Part shown: piece by piece, positions 25,793 through 38,631 of the stretch
Numbering within the stretch: position 1 is the stretch's first letter
Layout: the number at the start of each line of letters is the position of its first letter
NCBI GenBank assembly: GCA_951406725.2
Contig: OX597838.1
Coordinates: 30,008,001 to 30,072,000 of the forward strand
Origin: Octopus vulgaris
Taxonomy: Eukaryota
Reading direction: 5' to 3'
DNA: 64,000 bases
Translations under genes and position numbers: made by a program
Notes under the pieces: generated by a model
Databases searched by the model: none
The model's input: only the letters and a program-made list of their open reading frames with translations
What the model was told of the DNA's origin: nothing

Positions 25793-26814
25793 CATATATA
25801 TATACTTAATCAGTTATTACGTATTCTCGCCATTCTCCTTTTTTTTGTCTGTATGTTAGTTTATTGTTATTGTTGTTGATTGTCAAAAAACAATTATCTG
25901 GAAACATTCCTAACTTGGTGCCTAATTAAGTAATTTTTGCCAAGCTAATTAACGTCCATTTAACGTTAAGTATGTCTGTGTGTGTGCCTGCGCGTGTGTA
26001 TTTTGGAGTTATAGATTCCACGTTGCTGTTGTTGATGATTATGATGGTGTTTGTTGTTTTTGTTTCTATGTAACTCCATCTCCAAGTCCACCCCCACCCC
26101 CAGTCAGTCCTCGACTAAAAATCCTACAGACCATACGTAGAACCCTAGAAGTGTAGGCTGACCCCTTCTTACGGGTCAGGGAAGGATTCTGAGAATATAT
26201 ATTTTTTCTCTCTCCTTCAAAAAAAAGGAAGGGCATGTCCCTACCACAAAATGTCAACATCCTCTTCTTCCCAGCCATACAAACATCCTTCTCAGATCCC
26301 TCCCTGTTGAGTGGTGGTCTTAATCCGTCTCCCGCTTAACAATTCCCCCTTGTCCTTGTGTGCCCTTAATGCACATTACTCCGTTCTGTCGTATTGGTCA
26401 GGTCTCTCTTCCTTTCATTGTTCACAGAAATCCTGGAAAAAAGAGCCAAGGGATCAGTCTTTCTCTTGATTAAGGCCTCTGTCTAAAACTTCGATATCAC
26501 CTTGGTCCTTGAGTGTCCTTAGTTAAGTTTACACCGTTGAATCATTCAGTCCAGAGTTCCAGTTTGTAGAGATCTTCGTCCCTTTCTTCCTTCCACTCAT
26601 CCCGGAATCCATGGGAAAAAGGGCGAGGAGCACTGCACTTCTTCGCCTGGTTAATGGTTACTCCCTAACTGCCAAAATACCCAAGTCCTTGGGTGTCTCC
26701 GAGTACAGATTACTCTGTTGAACCATCCAGGCCTTGTTTCCAATTTGGGGAGAAAATACTCTTTCTTTTCCTTCTGCTCGTCATGATACCCTGGAAATTT
26801 TTTTTTTAAAAGGC

Positions 26815-27115
26815 TCAGAAGGACAGAGAGACAGACTGATGGACTGACGGACTGACAGAGAGACTGACAGACAGAGAGACTGACAGACAGAGACTGATAA
26901 ACAGAGAGACTGACAAAGTGACAGTCAGATAGGAACTGACAGACTGACAGATCGATATACATAAAGACTGACCGACTGACAGATAGACAAATGGAGAGAC
27001 AGAAAGACTGACAGGCAGACAAACAGATAGACAGACCGACTGACTGATATACAGAGAGACTGACAGAGACTGACCGACAGACTGACGGAGAGACAGTGAA
27101 ACAGACTGAGAGCTT
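26815..27115. repeat. Degenerate (GACA/GACT)n repeat
   Basis: Direct reading. Confidence 0.85.
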
Positions 27116-27140
27116 CACAGATAAAATAGAGAAACTATCA

Positions 27141-28668
27141 GGCGGCGAGCTGGCAGAATCGTTAGCACGCCGGGCAAAATGCTTAGCGGTATTTCGTCTG
27201 CCGTTACGTTCTGAGTTCAAATTCCTCCGAGGTCGACATTGCCTTTCATGCTTTCGGGGTCGATTAAATAAGTACCAGTTACGTACTGGGGTCGATGTAA
27301 TCGACTTAATACCTATGTCTGTCCTTGTTTGTCCCCTCTGTGTTTAGCCCCTTGGGGGTAGTAAAGAAATAGGTATTTCGTCTGCCGTTACGTTCTGAGT
27401 TCAAATTCCGCCGAGGTCGACATTGCCTTTCATGCTTTCGGGGTCGATTAAATAAGTACCAGTTACGTACTGGGGTCGATATAATCGACTTAATACCTAT
27501 GTCTGTCCTTGTTTGTCCCCTCTATGTTTAGCTCCTTGTGGGTAATAAAGAAATAGGTATTCCGTCTGCCGTTACGTTCTGAGTTCAAATTCCGCCGAGG
27601 TCGACTCTGCCTTTCATCCTTTCGGGGTCGATTAAATAAGTACCAGTTACGTACTGGGGTCGATATAATCGACTTAATACCTATGTCTGTCCTTGTTTGT
27701 CCCCTCTATGTTTAGCTCCTTGTGGGTAATAAAGAAATAGGTATTCCGTCTGCCGTTACGTTCTGAGTTCAAATTCCGCCGAGGTCGACTCTGCCTTACA
27801 TCCTTTCGGGGTTGATTAAATAAGTACCAGTAACGCACTGGGGTCGATATAATCGACTTAATACCTATGTCTGTCCTTGTTTGTCCCCTCTATGTTTAGC
27901 CCCTTGGGGGTAGTAAAGAAATAGGTATTTCGTCTGCCGTTACGTTCTGAGTTCAAATTCCGCCGAGGTCGACATTGCCTTTCATGCTTTCGGGGTCGAT
28001 TAAATAAGTACCAGTTACGTACTGGGATCAATATAATCGACTTAATCCGTCTGTCTATCCTTGTTTGTCTTCGCTGTGTTTAGCCTCTTGTGGGTAGTAA
28101 AGAAATAGGTATTTCGTCTGCCGTTACGTTCTGAGTTCAAATTCCGCCGAGGTCGACATTGCCTTTCATGCTTTCGGGGTCGATTAAATAAGTACCAGTT
28201 ACGTACTGGGATCAATATAATCGACTTAATCCGTCTGTCTATCCTTGTTTGTCTTCGCTGTGTTTAGCCCCTTGTGGGTAATAAAGAAATAGGTATTTCG
28301 TCTGCCGTTACGTTCTGAGTTCAAATTCCGCCGAGGTCGACTCTGCCTTACATCTTTTCGGGGTCGATTAAATAAGTACCAGTTACGTACTGGGGTCGAT
28401 ATAATCGACTTAATCCGTCTGTCTGTCTGTCCTTGTTTGTCCCCTCTATGTTTAGCCTCTTGTGGGTAGTAAAGAAATAGGTATTTCGTCTGCCGTTACG
28501 TTCTGGGTTCAAATTCCGCCGAGGTCGACTCTGCCTTTCATCCTTTCGGGGTCGATTAAATAAGTACCAGTTACGCACTGGGATCGATATAATCGACTTA
28601 ATCCGTCTGTCTGTCTGTCCTTGTTTGTCTCCTCTCTGCGTAGCCCCTTGTGGGTAGTAAAGAAATAA
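27141..28668 (+). mobile_element. SINE family A octamer: one head plus eight 184-188-bp bodies
   Basis: Units start GGTATT at 27188, 27372, 27556, 27740, 27924, 28108, 28292 and 28480. Confidence 0.93.
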
Positions 28669-28919
28669 GATTGGTAGAGAAACTGACACAGACGTGACAA
28701 ATTCTTGCCAGACGGAAGACTGTTGAAGAGAATCGAGGGCAATATTCAAGCGCCGTTTAAAGCAGATGTTATGGTTACCGAAGCACCAGGGACCAGGAGG
28801 TCTATAATGGATGGTAATATGGGGGGCTGTGTGGATGGGGTTGAGGGTGGTGCAGAGGACTACTTCTTCAGTATAGCACTCGAACCCACGAACACGGAAA
28901 GACGGGCTCCGACCACTAT

Positions 28920-29555
28920 GTGGCGGCAGCGGCTGTGGTGATGGCGGCGGCTGTGGTGATGGTGGTGGCGGTAGTGCTGCGCCAGTTGGATGGATGAAGT
29001 CTACAACCACCACTGCTTCAGCCACCATCCCCACCACCACCGCCGCCACCACAACCAGCGCCTCCACCACAACCAGCGCCTCCACCACAACCAGCGCCTC
29101 CACCATTACTACCATCGCCATCACCCCCCCTCCCCACCACCTCCATCACTGTCACCGCCTCCGCCGTCTTCACAACAGCCACCAGCGTCGGCACCGCCGT
29201 CGCCGCCATCACCACCATCACCACCACCAACATCAACTACCATCGCCTCCATCGCCTCCATCGCAGTCATCATCGCCATTGCCACCGCCAATGCACCTGC
29301 CGCCAATGCGGCTAATGCGGCCAATACCGCCGCCGCCGCCGCCACCAGCACCGGCACCACCAGCGGCAGTAGCACCACCACCACCACCACCACCACCACC
29401 ACCACCACCACCACCACCACCACCACCACCACCACTACCGCCACCACCACCACCAATTTTTGCACAATGCCCAAACATCTCTCACCTCAACACCCATCGT
29501 TCACACGATTTTAAAGATTATTTTGCTAAAATATTTGCAAGTGTGCCGGTGATGG

Positions 29556-29633
<78 letters not shown>

Positions 29634-29645
29634 CGATGATGGTGG
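28920..29645. repeat. Low-complexity (CCA/GCC)n and (GAT)n tracts
   Basis: Direct reading. Confidence 0.9.
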
Positions 29646-29796
29646 GCGCAATTCGTGAGCACGTAATTGGTATGTAGAAGTTATATACGCCTAAATAGGG
29701 TATAGAAATTAATTACTATTTAATATACACTCAGTCAAAAAGATAAAAACAAGGGAGAATGTGTGTGAGTGTGTGTATGAGTATGTGTATATGTGA

Positions 29797-29837
<41 letters not shown>

Positions 29838-30167
29838 TATATATACATACATTATACACGCATGCATGTATGTATATATAGGTATATGTGTGTGCGAATA
29901 TATACATACACACGCACACATAATACATACATACACACACACACACATATATACTTACAGTGTAAAAAGAGAAAGTGTGTGTGTGTATATGTGACAAAGT
30001 TCCAATGATTGTGTTGTGTGTGTGTGTTTGTGTGTGTGTGTTTGTGTGTGTGTGTTTGTGTGTGTGTGTTTGTGTGTGTGTGTTTGTGTGTGTGCTAGAG
30101 CCAGACATAAATAGGTAGATAGATAGAAAAATAGATAAGTGTATAAATAGATATATAGATAGATAAG

Positions 30168-30225
<58 letters not shown>

Positions 30226-30387
30226 CGTACCTTGTTCATATTTTCAAAGCATTTAATCATTTTAATAAATCTATATACATTTGCATTACTGCAACATTAG
30301 TACAGATGCACCCATTTTCTACACGCTTGTTTGCACAAAATCCCTGTAAGTGCGGATATATGTGGAGGATTATATATATATATATAT

Positions 30388-30459
<72 letters not shown>

Positions 30460-30667
30460 ACATTTTCCAATCAATTCTTTCCGCCCAAGAGCGTAGGCTC
30501 GAAACGTCAACGTATTTTCCAATCTCTCCAAAGCGTTAAACAAATACTAATACATCTGTTCGTTGTTTTGTCTTCGTGTTTTGTTTTGTGTAAATTTGAA
30601 CCTTATCCATCCATCCACCCATACATACATACATACACACACACACATACATACATACATACATACA

Positions 30668-30700
<33 letters not shown>

Positions 30701-30728
30701 GCATACATACGTATATACATACATATAT

Positions 30729-30778
<50 letters not shown>

Positions 30779-30794
30779 GCTACAAGATTGTCCC

Positions 30795-32925
30795 AGAGAG
30801 ACAGGCCACTGTACATAAGAACAAAGTTCACAGGAAGAGGAAAGTTCTTATGAGACGGCATACAAACACAGCAAACCGTCTAAACAGAAAACTCAACGGC
30901 AGTGAAATATCCTGCCTGGAAACATTTCTGCTGGAGATTGAGGAAACCATGAAACGTTTCCATGAAATAGAAAGAGCAGACAAAGAAGCCTGGGTTATAA
31001 AAAATATTAAATCAAACCCAAAAGCCTTCTTTAAGTATGCCCACATGCATTGCAGGGTAGGGCCACTTCTCCAAAAGGATGGTTCCCACACAAGAAGAAC
31101 AATGAGGATAAATGAAACACCGAATGAACAATGCAAAAGTGTTTTCATCCCAACCCTTACAGCACATGCAGCAAGATCTTACAGCACATGTTCAAGATCT
31201 CCATTTCCAGCAACTTCGAGGGTCACCTCCCAGTAGTGTCGGGTGTCAACGAAGAGCCCTCGACTACTACAAGACGGCCAAAGTTTTTTTTTTCCAAGGT
31301 CTGGGGTCTCCCGCCCCTAAGCCCTAGACCATCACCTAATCACCCTTACCCGTCTTGTTGCTTAACAACAGCACATGCAGCAAAACCTGTAAAGTTCTTT
31401 AACACTGCAGATGTAAAAATGGGAGGCAGTAACAGTTGATTACAGCAATGTCGAAGAAGAGGATGTAACACTGGCAAGAGATGACGGAGACACAATCTCA
31501 GTTGTTGGTCCAGATGGATTCTCAGCAATCCTTCTGAAATCATGCAAACGAGCCCTTGCAAAACCACTTGCAAGTGGTAAGCTCCCACGTACACTGAGGG
31601 AGGGAATAATGTACCATATTCCACAAAGGTGGATGCAGAGCTGATGCTAAAGCTATAGGCCTATCTCTCTAGCCTCACACGTCAACAAAGTCATGGAACG
31701 AATAGTCCGAAGGAAAACTAATTGCAGTTCCTGAAGAGGATGACTTGCTGACTGACGCCCAGCGATGTCTTCGATCGGGTAGAAGCTGTCTGACACAGCC
31801 CTTGCAGCATTATGGCTGGGTCTTAAAATAGTTGCCCAACATTTCAAATGTGGACATGATATATCTCGACTTTGTAAAAGCTTTTGACTAAGTCAACCAT
31901 GGTATGATATGTCACAAGCTGCGTATCTCGGCATAGTCGGAAAACTCGGAGAGTGGCTACCCGACTTTCTAAAACATAGAAGTCATGTAGTGTTGGACAA
32001 CGGAGCTACCTCCAGGGAAGCGCAAATAACGAGTGATATTTTACAGGGCACTGTTTTGGGGCCGCTGCTATTCATAGTGGCCCACTCAGACATGCCATCA
32101 GCTGCTCTGATAGCCACCCTTGATAGCTATTCAGATGACATAAAAGTCTCTCGAAGAATACAGAACCCTGGAGATGCTGCACACCTGAAAACGGAGTTGG
32201 ATGCAATATACAGGTGGATTGAGACAATATAGGCGACGAGGTGGCAGAACCGTTAGCACCCCGAGCGAAATGCGTGGCCGTATTTCGTCTGCCGTTACGT
32301 TCTGAGTTCAAATTCCGCCAAGGTCGACTTTGCCTTTCATCCTTTCGGGGTCGATAAATTAAGTACCAGTTACGCACTGGAGTCGATGTAATCGACTTAA
32401 TCCGTTTGTCTGTCCTTGTTTGTCTCCTCTGTGTTTGGCCCCTTGTGGGTAGTAAAGAAATAGGATTGAGGACAATAACATGCAGCTTAATGCTGGAAAA
32501 TCCCAAGCCCTGCGTTACCTACAAACGAGGCTGAACGAGGTGCAGACAGGTAACACTGGTTCGGAAAGGATTGCAGTCGGTGAATCAAAATCAGTGAGAG
32601 ACCAGGGAATTGACATGAACCCAATATTGTAATAGCTTGGGATTGAAAGAACCACACCTTTTTTTAATGCCCTGCCACAGAACATCAGGGATCTGCAAGG
32701 TGTAGACATGGAAGTCTTCAAAAAACGCCTAGACAGTTTTTTTTTAAATCTGCAATTCCGGATGAACCCACTTCGTGGCAGGAGGCACGATGAAGAGCGG
32801 CTACGTCCAACTCGCTACTTCACCAGAAGCAATACTGGAAAAATCCCCCGGATGCAGTAAAGGCGGTGCCCCAGCATGGCCTCAGCCTCTGGCTGAAACC
32901 CATTAAAGATAAAAGATAAAACACA
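30795..32925 (+). mobile_element. CR1-like LINE, 5'-truncated and decayed, with two nested insertions
   Basis: YRPISLASH, YLDF.KAFD, QGTVLGPLLF, YSDD, LFNALPQNIRDL, and 3' tail GGCGGTGCCCCAGCATGG...(GATAAAA)n. Confidence 0.9.
32232..32462 (+). mobile_element. SINE family A monomer inside the CR1 element
   Basis: Imperfect TSD GGATTGAG(G)ACAATA at ~32216 and ~32463. Confidence 0.9.
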
Positions 32926-33001
32926 CACACACATATATATATATATATATGTATATGTATGTATGTATGTATGTATGTATATATATATATATATATATAT
33001 C

Positions 33002-33033
<32 letters not shown>

Positions 33034-33166
33034 TACACACATACATATATACATACATACACACACACATACATACATACATACATACAAACATACATAC
33101 ATACATACATACATACATACATACATACATACATACATACATACATTATACACGTGTATGTATGTA

Positions 33167-33230
<64 letters not shown>

Positions 33231-33330
33231 AGAATGTGTGTGTGTGTATGTGCGAATATATACATACATGCATTCGTACAGTGTAAAAAGGAAAAGTGGG
33301 TGTGAGTATATGTGAGAAAGTGCCCAAAAT

Positions 33331-33370
<40 letters not shown>

Positions 33371-33421
33371 CAAGAAAAAGTCATAAAGGGATGGAAAGAT
33401 AGAAAGATAGATGGATAGAGA

Positions 33422-33472
<51 letters not shown>

Positions 33473-33829
33473 AGACAGTGAAAGAAAGAGAGGGAGAGAG
33501 AGAGAGAGAGCCGAGCCCCTGCACGTCGTTAGAACATTTAATTGTCGTCTACTGTTTCCAGAAGCTGTGAAACAGTATTAGTGCATGTTTTACTCGTAAC
33601 AACACCCACACCGAAACTAGTTAAAAGGTCATCCTGTCATCGTGTCACTGTTTGCCATCCATACATAGCTTAAATCCTCATCACTCATTTGTATACGACA
33701 TCCCTTCTACTCATCTGTCTCTATTCATTAGTCTTTTGTTGTTGTTTTTTAAACTCTTTTCTCTCCATCTTTCTGTTTTTCCGTCTCTAGGTGTTTCTCT
33801 CTGTTCATCTTTCGGTCTCTGTCTAACCA

Positions 33830-33894
<65 letters not shown>

Positions 33895-34106
33895 GTCGCT
33901 CTTTCTTTCTCTCTCACTTTCTGTCTCTCTCTTTCTCTATCTCTTTCTCTATCTCTTTCTTTCTCCTTCTCTTTTTCTCTCTGTTTCTCTCTCTCTTTCT
34001 TTCTCTCTCTTTCTCTCTCTCTTTTTCTCTCTGTTTCTCTCTCTCTCTCTGTTTCTTTCTCTCTCTTTCTCTCTCTCTTTTTCTCTCTGTTTCTCTCTCT
34101 CTCTCT

Positions 34107-34155
<49 letters not shown>

Positions 34156-34330
34156 TCTCGTTCTCTCTCTCTTTTTCTGTCACTCTCTCCCTCTCTCCTT
34201 TCTCCTCCGGTTCATCTCTGTCACTCTATCCTTCTCTCTTTCTCTCTCCGTTTGTTCACTTGTCTCTCTCTGCCTCTTTTCTGTCATCTTTCTCTCACTC
34301 TATCTCTCTTTCTCTCTGCATCTTCTCTTT
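33830..34330. repeat. Polypyrimidine (CT)n/(CTTT)n tract
   Basis: Direct reading. Confidence 0.95.
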
Positions 34331-34536
34331 TATCGCCCCGTCTATGTATGTGTGTGTGCGTGCGTGCGTGTGTGTCTGTCTGTCTGTCTATTCACTAACC
34401 CCTCTCTCTCTCTCTCTCTCTCTATCTATCTCCCTGCCCTCCCCCCCCACCATGTCCATCTCTCAGCCTCTCATTTGCTCTTTATCTCTGTCCGTCTCTT
34501 CCTTTCCCTTTTTTTCACTTCCATCTAAACCACATC

Positions 34537-34569
<33 letters not shown>

Positions 34570-35289
34570 GCAACAACAACAGCAGCAGCAGCAACAGCAG
34601 CAGCAGCAGTTGCAGCAGCAGCAGTTGCAGCAGCAGCAGTTGCAGCAGCAGCAGTCGCAGCAGCAGTAATAATTTGTTGTTGTTGTTTAACCCATGGTCA
34701 CCTGTGATCAAAGAGACCTATGATCCATGATCAAAGACGCTCCCACCCCCACCTATTTAACGTCGACCCCCCCATCATATATCAAACACGGATAACATTA
34801 TCTAATGCATTATATCCGGTTTGAAAGATGGTGGGGGGGGGGGAGGAAGAAGGTTTCGGTTTTAGACCGGTTTAAATGCTATTTTTAGCATGTCGAGCGA
34901 CCAGACAGACAGACTGAAGGCTTCTTTGATGGCTTCGCTGAAAACCGAGTCGAAATGTAGGGTAAAGACAGGAACCGAGAATAAAAGCGGAGAAGGATTG
35001 CGTTGATGGTAATGCAAAAAAGATTCTCAGAATGAAAGACTGACGGTTTTTTAATTACAGTTTCTCAATAACAACCATATCAAAAAACAAAAACAATGCA
35101 AAAAAAAGAAAAAAAAAAAGGAAAAACAACGATAAAAAAAATTCCATTAACGTTACGCACGTCTGTGGAGTACAGGAGTGACTGTATTATAAGTAGCTTG
35201 CTTCCCAACCACATGGTTCTAGGTTCAGTCCCATTGCGTGGCACCTTGAGCAAGTGTCTTCTACTATCGTCTTGGGCCGACCAAAGACA

Positions 35290-36155
35290 TACTCGTTTTG
35301 TCAGCCTTCCAAAAGTTGTTGCTGCCTTCCCTACCCTGACATAAATCTCATCGTCAAGTGAAGTAGTAGGGGAAATGGTAGACCCTATATAGCAGAACCT
35401 GTCCACTGTCTCAAGCTCTTTGTCATCAAGCTTGATATGGCCCTTCACTGCGCCCTCCTGAGTGAAGATGACTGTCTTCTTTACACTGATGACCAAACCG
35501 AAGACCTTGCATGCTGATGATAGATGGTTCATCATTATTTGTAGAATTAATTCGCTGTGAGCAACAGGTGCCGCATCGTCGGCAAAGAGAAAGTCTCTTA
35601 TTGTTGCTCTATTGATATTGGTCTTGGCCCAAAGTCTAGAAAGATCAAAGAGTGACCCCATCAGTTCTCCAACAGAGGCAGACATCTCCCGGCAACTCTT
35701 GAAATGCATACGGCAGCAATACAGCAAAGTAAATGCTGAAAAGGATTGGTGCTATGACACAACCTTGTTTTACTCCGCTGTTGATGTTGAAGCTATCTGA
35801 TATTAAACTGTTAAACTGAATGGTGGCCTTCATGTCATCATGGAACGAAACAATGAGCTGCAGTTGTATTGGGAGACAGCCACATTTTCCAAGCACCATG
35901 TTGAGTCTTGATCTGCTGACTGTATCAAATGCCTTTGTCAGATCGACAAATGCTATATATAGGGGTAATTGCTGCTCCCGGCTTTTTTCTTGTAGTTGAC
36001 AAATGGAGAAGATCATATCCATTGTTGAGCGGTTAGACCTAAAACCGCACTGGCTCTCTGGTAGTATTCTTTCTGCTAGCTTCTGAAGTCGTTTCAGAAT
36101 GATCCTCGCAAGAGCTTTTCCACTGATGCTCAGAAGTGAGATGCCTCTGTAGTAC
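35290..36155 (-). pseudogene. RTE/BovB-like LINE reverse transcriptase fragment
   Basis: YRGISLLS, LPESQCGFR, AFVDLTKAFD, GVKQGCVIAP, LFADD; one frameshift near 35680. Confidence 0.93.
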
Positions 36156-36269
36156 AAAAGCCCGTTTATACAGAGGGAAGGCAAAAGAGAAGCAGATAGA
36201 GAATATTCTGGTTTTGATAACATCAAGGCCTGAACATTGGCGACGGCTGACAATGAAGATGTCTTGAGT

Positions 36270-36649
36270 GGAAGCACTCCGTCGGTTACGACGATGAGGG
36301 TTCCGGTTGATCCGATCAACGGAACAGCCTGCTCGTGAAATTAACGTGTAAGTGGCTGAGCACTCCACAGACACGTGTACCCTTAACGTAGTTCTCGGGG
36401 ATATTCAGCGTGACACAAAGAGTGACAAGGCCGGCCCTTTGAAATACAGGTACAACAGAAAAAGGAGGTAAGAGTGAGAGAAAGTTGTGGTGAAAGAGTA
36501 CAGCAGGGATCACCACCATCCCTGCCGGAGCCTCGTGGAGCTTTAGATGTTTTCGCTCAATAAACACTCACAACGCCCGGTCTGGGAATCGAAACCGCGA
36601 TCCTACGACCGCGAGTCCGCTGCCCTAACCACTGGGCCATTGCGCCTCC
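36270..36649 (-). mobile_element. SINE family B, full length with 13-bp TSD
   Basis: TSD AGATGTCTTGAGT at 36257-36269 and 36650-36662. Confidence 0.93.
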
Positions 36650-36829
36650 AGATGTCTTGAGTAGCATCACAACGACCAGCTGCATCAGTTAAGGGATCTT
36701 GTTAATCGATGTCGATGAGTTTATGAACAAGTTTCAGGCATGGTCATGTGATTAAGGAGTTCTTTTCGTAATCATGTGATTCCCGCTTCGATTTCATAGC
36801 GCCAGATCAACTGTAGCAAAGATGAAGTG

Positions 36830-36925
36830 ACCCTACCCAGATAAAGTAACACCACCCATATATAGTAACACCACCCAGATAAAGTAACACCACCCAGATA
36901 TAGTAATCCTACCCCAATAAATTAA
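36830..36925. repeat. 19-bp minisatellite (CCCAGATAAAGTAACACCA), about 4-5 copies
   Basis: Direct reading. Confidence 0.8.
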
Positions 36926-36995
36926 CCCTTTTCAGATGAAGAAACCCTATACTCCTTATCATCTTTGATGTCGGACTGTGCAACAGATCCGCCAC

Positions 36996-37117
36996 ATCTT
37001 CCACATAATTCCACACTCGATTTATTATCTTCCACATAATTCCACACTCGATTTATTATCTTCCACATAATTCCACACTCGATTTATTATCTTCCATATA
37101 ATTCCACACTCGATTCA
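36996..37117. repeat. 31-bp minisatellite, about 4 copies
   Basis: ATCTTCCACATAATTCCACACTCGATTTATT units. Confidence 0.9.
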
Positions 37118-37578
37118 TCATAGACAACTAGTCTGGTTCTACACTATCATTTAAATGTTTCGAACAACATTAATTAATTATCCGGTTTTTGACACCAACA
37201 AACGATTAAACAATCTCTCTGACGACACCTCTGGTGAGACTTGATATATTATTGTTGCTTTATACTACTAAATAACAAATTAGGATGATTATAATGAGCG
37301 TGATTAACATGCCAGAAACAACAGCCTAATCAGACGATATGCCTCACAGTGGGTAGGTAAATTGTGAGTTCAAATCCCTCAAGGGAAAAAGATTCTCTAT
37401 CATCATTCCTACTATAGAGTATAAATTCCAAAGAATTTGGTACGAAGAAACAAGTAGCATCATAACCATGAACTCCTTAATCCCGGGGGAGGCAAGAAAA
37501 AAAAAAACATGACAAAAAAATCAGACACTTCATAAAGACACAAACAAAATATATGAAAAGCATTTTATCTGCCTAGAG

Positions 37579-37866
37579 CGGTGGTTCCAAAAGCAGGTGG
37601 TGGGAAGGTCCAGTGGGGTGTTGAAGAAAAGACGGGCGATAATGGGGTGGCCAAAAGTGGGCGATGGATGCAACCGCTCCCTAAATATTGGATTAATTAT
37701 GTTAAGTTTTATTTGTAAAATACAATTGTTTTGAATTTTCCGCAGAAAGTGGTCTACGTCTGTGTTGGTGAGCGGAGGGATGGGGTGCCAGAAACGTGGC
37801 TCGGGTGCCAGAAACGTGGCTCGGGTGCCAAGGGGGTAGCAGCCTGAAAATATTTGGGAACCACCG
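37579..37866. mobile_element. hAT (Charlie-like) MITE
   Basis: TIRs CGGTGGTTCC/GGAACCACCG and 8-bp TSD GCCTAGAG/ACCTAGAG. Confidence 0.8.
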
Positions 37867-38204
37867 ACCTAGAGGAAATATTTGAATTTCATAGTTTTTC
37901 GCATAAAAATGTAAGGACAAATCTAGTTAATGAACTCTGCTGGCCACAACCAGCAGAACCAAGCCGCCATCTTGCGACAATGAGGAAAAGATAGAAAACA
38001 AGCAGAAATGGCAGATTATTGGAAACTGTGCAATTTTGCGGAATACTCAAATAATTGAGTGTTAGTGAAAACCACATTAGAAGTCTATAGTAAGTGCACC
38101 TCTACAGATATTCTATAGAAATTATGGAATATCTGTTGGCATAACCTTATCAAGTGATGTAAAGAACACTGTTAACACACTTGAATGCGATATTGACTTT
38201 TTTT

Positions 38205-38631
38205 ATTCTTTTCTTTTATTCTTTTACTTGTTTCAGTCATTTGACTGCGGCCACGCTGGAGCACCGCCTTTAGTCGAGCAAATCGACCCCGGGACTTATT
38301 CTTTGTAAGCCCAGTACTTATTATATCGGTCTCTTTTGCCGAACCGCTAAGTGACGGGGATGTAAACACACCAGCATCGGTTGTCAAGCAACGCCAGGGG
38401 GACAAACACAGACATAGAAACACACACACACACGCACACACATATATACATATATATATACATATATACGACAGGCTTCTTTCAGTTTCTGTCTACCAAA
38501 TCCACTCACAAGGCATTGGTCGACCCGGGGCTATAGCAGAAGACACTTGCCCAAGATGCCACGCAGTGGGACTGAACCCGGAACCGTGTGGTTGGTTAGC
38601 AAGCTACTTACCACACAGCCACTCCTGCGCC
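38205..38631 (-). mobile_element. SINE family C
   Basis: Full-length match to 20572-21033. Confidence 0.92.

Noticed and set aside
26100-26800. Unique-looking segment as coding or LTR retroelement sequence
   Set aside because: No recognisable protein motif or terminal structure by eye.
27188-27371. Hammerhead inside the SINE A tandem unit
   Set aside because: I found no CUGANGA-stem-GAAA arrangement on either strand.
27141-28668. CRISPR-like array or tRNA gene cluster
   Set aside because: Contiguous 184-bp SINE bodies with no unique spacers and no complete cloverleaf; eukaryotic context.
28990-29677. Poly-Pro/Thr/His/Met ORFs resembling mucin or extensin
   Set aside because: Trinucleotide repeats open in nearly all frames on both strands.
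33652-34398. 248-aa Leu/Ser ORF as a membrane protein
   Set aside because: Translation of the (CT)n tract.
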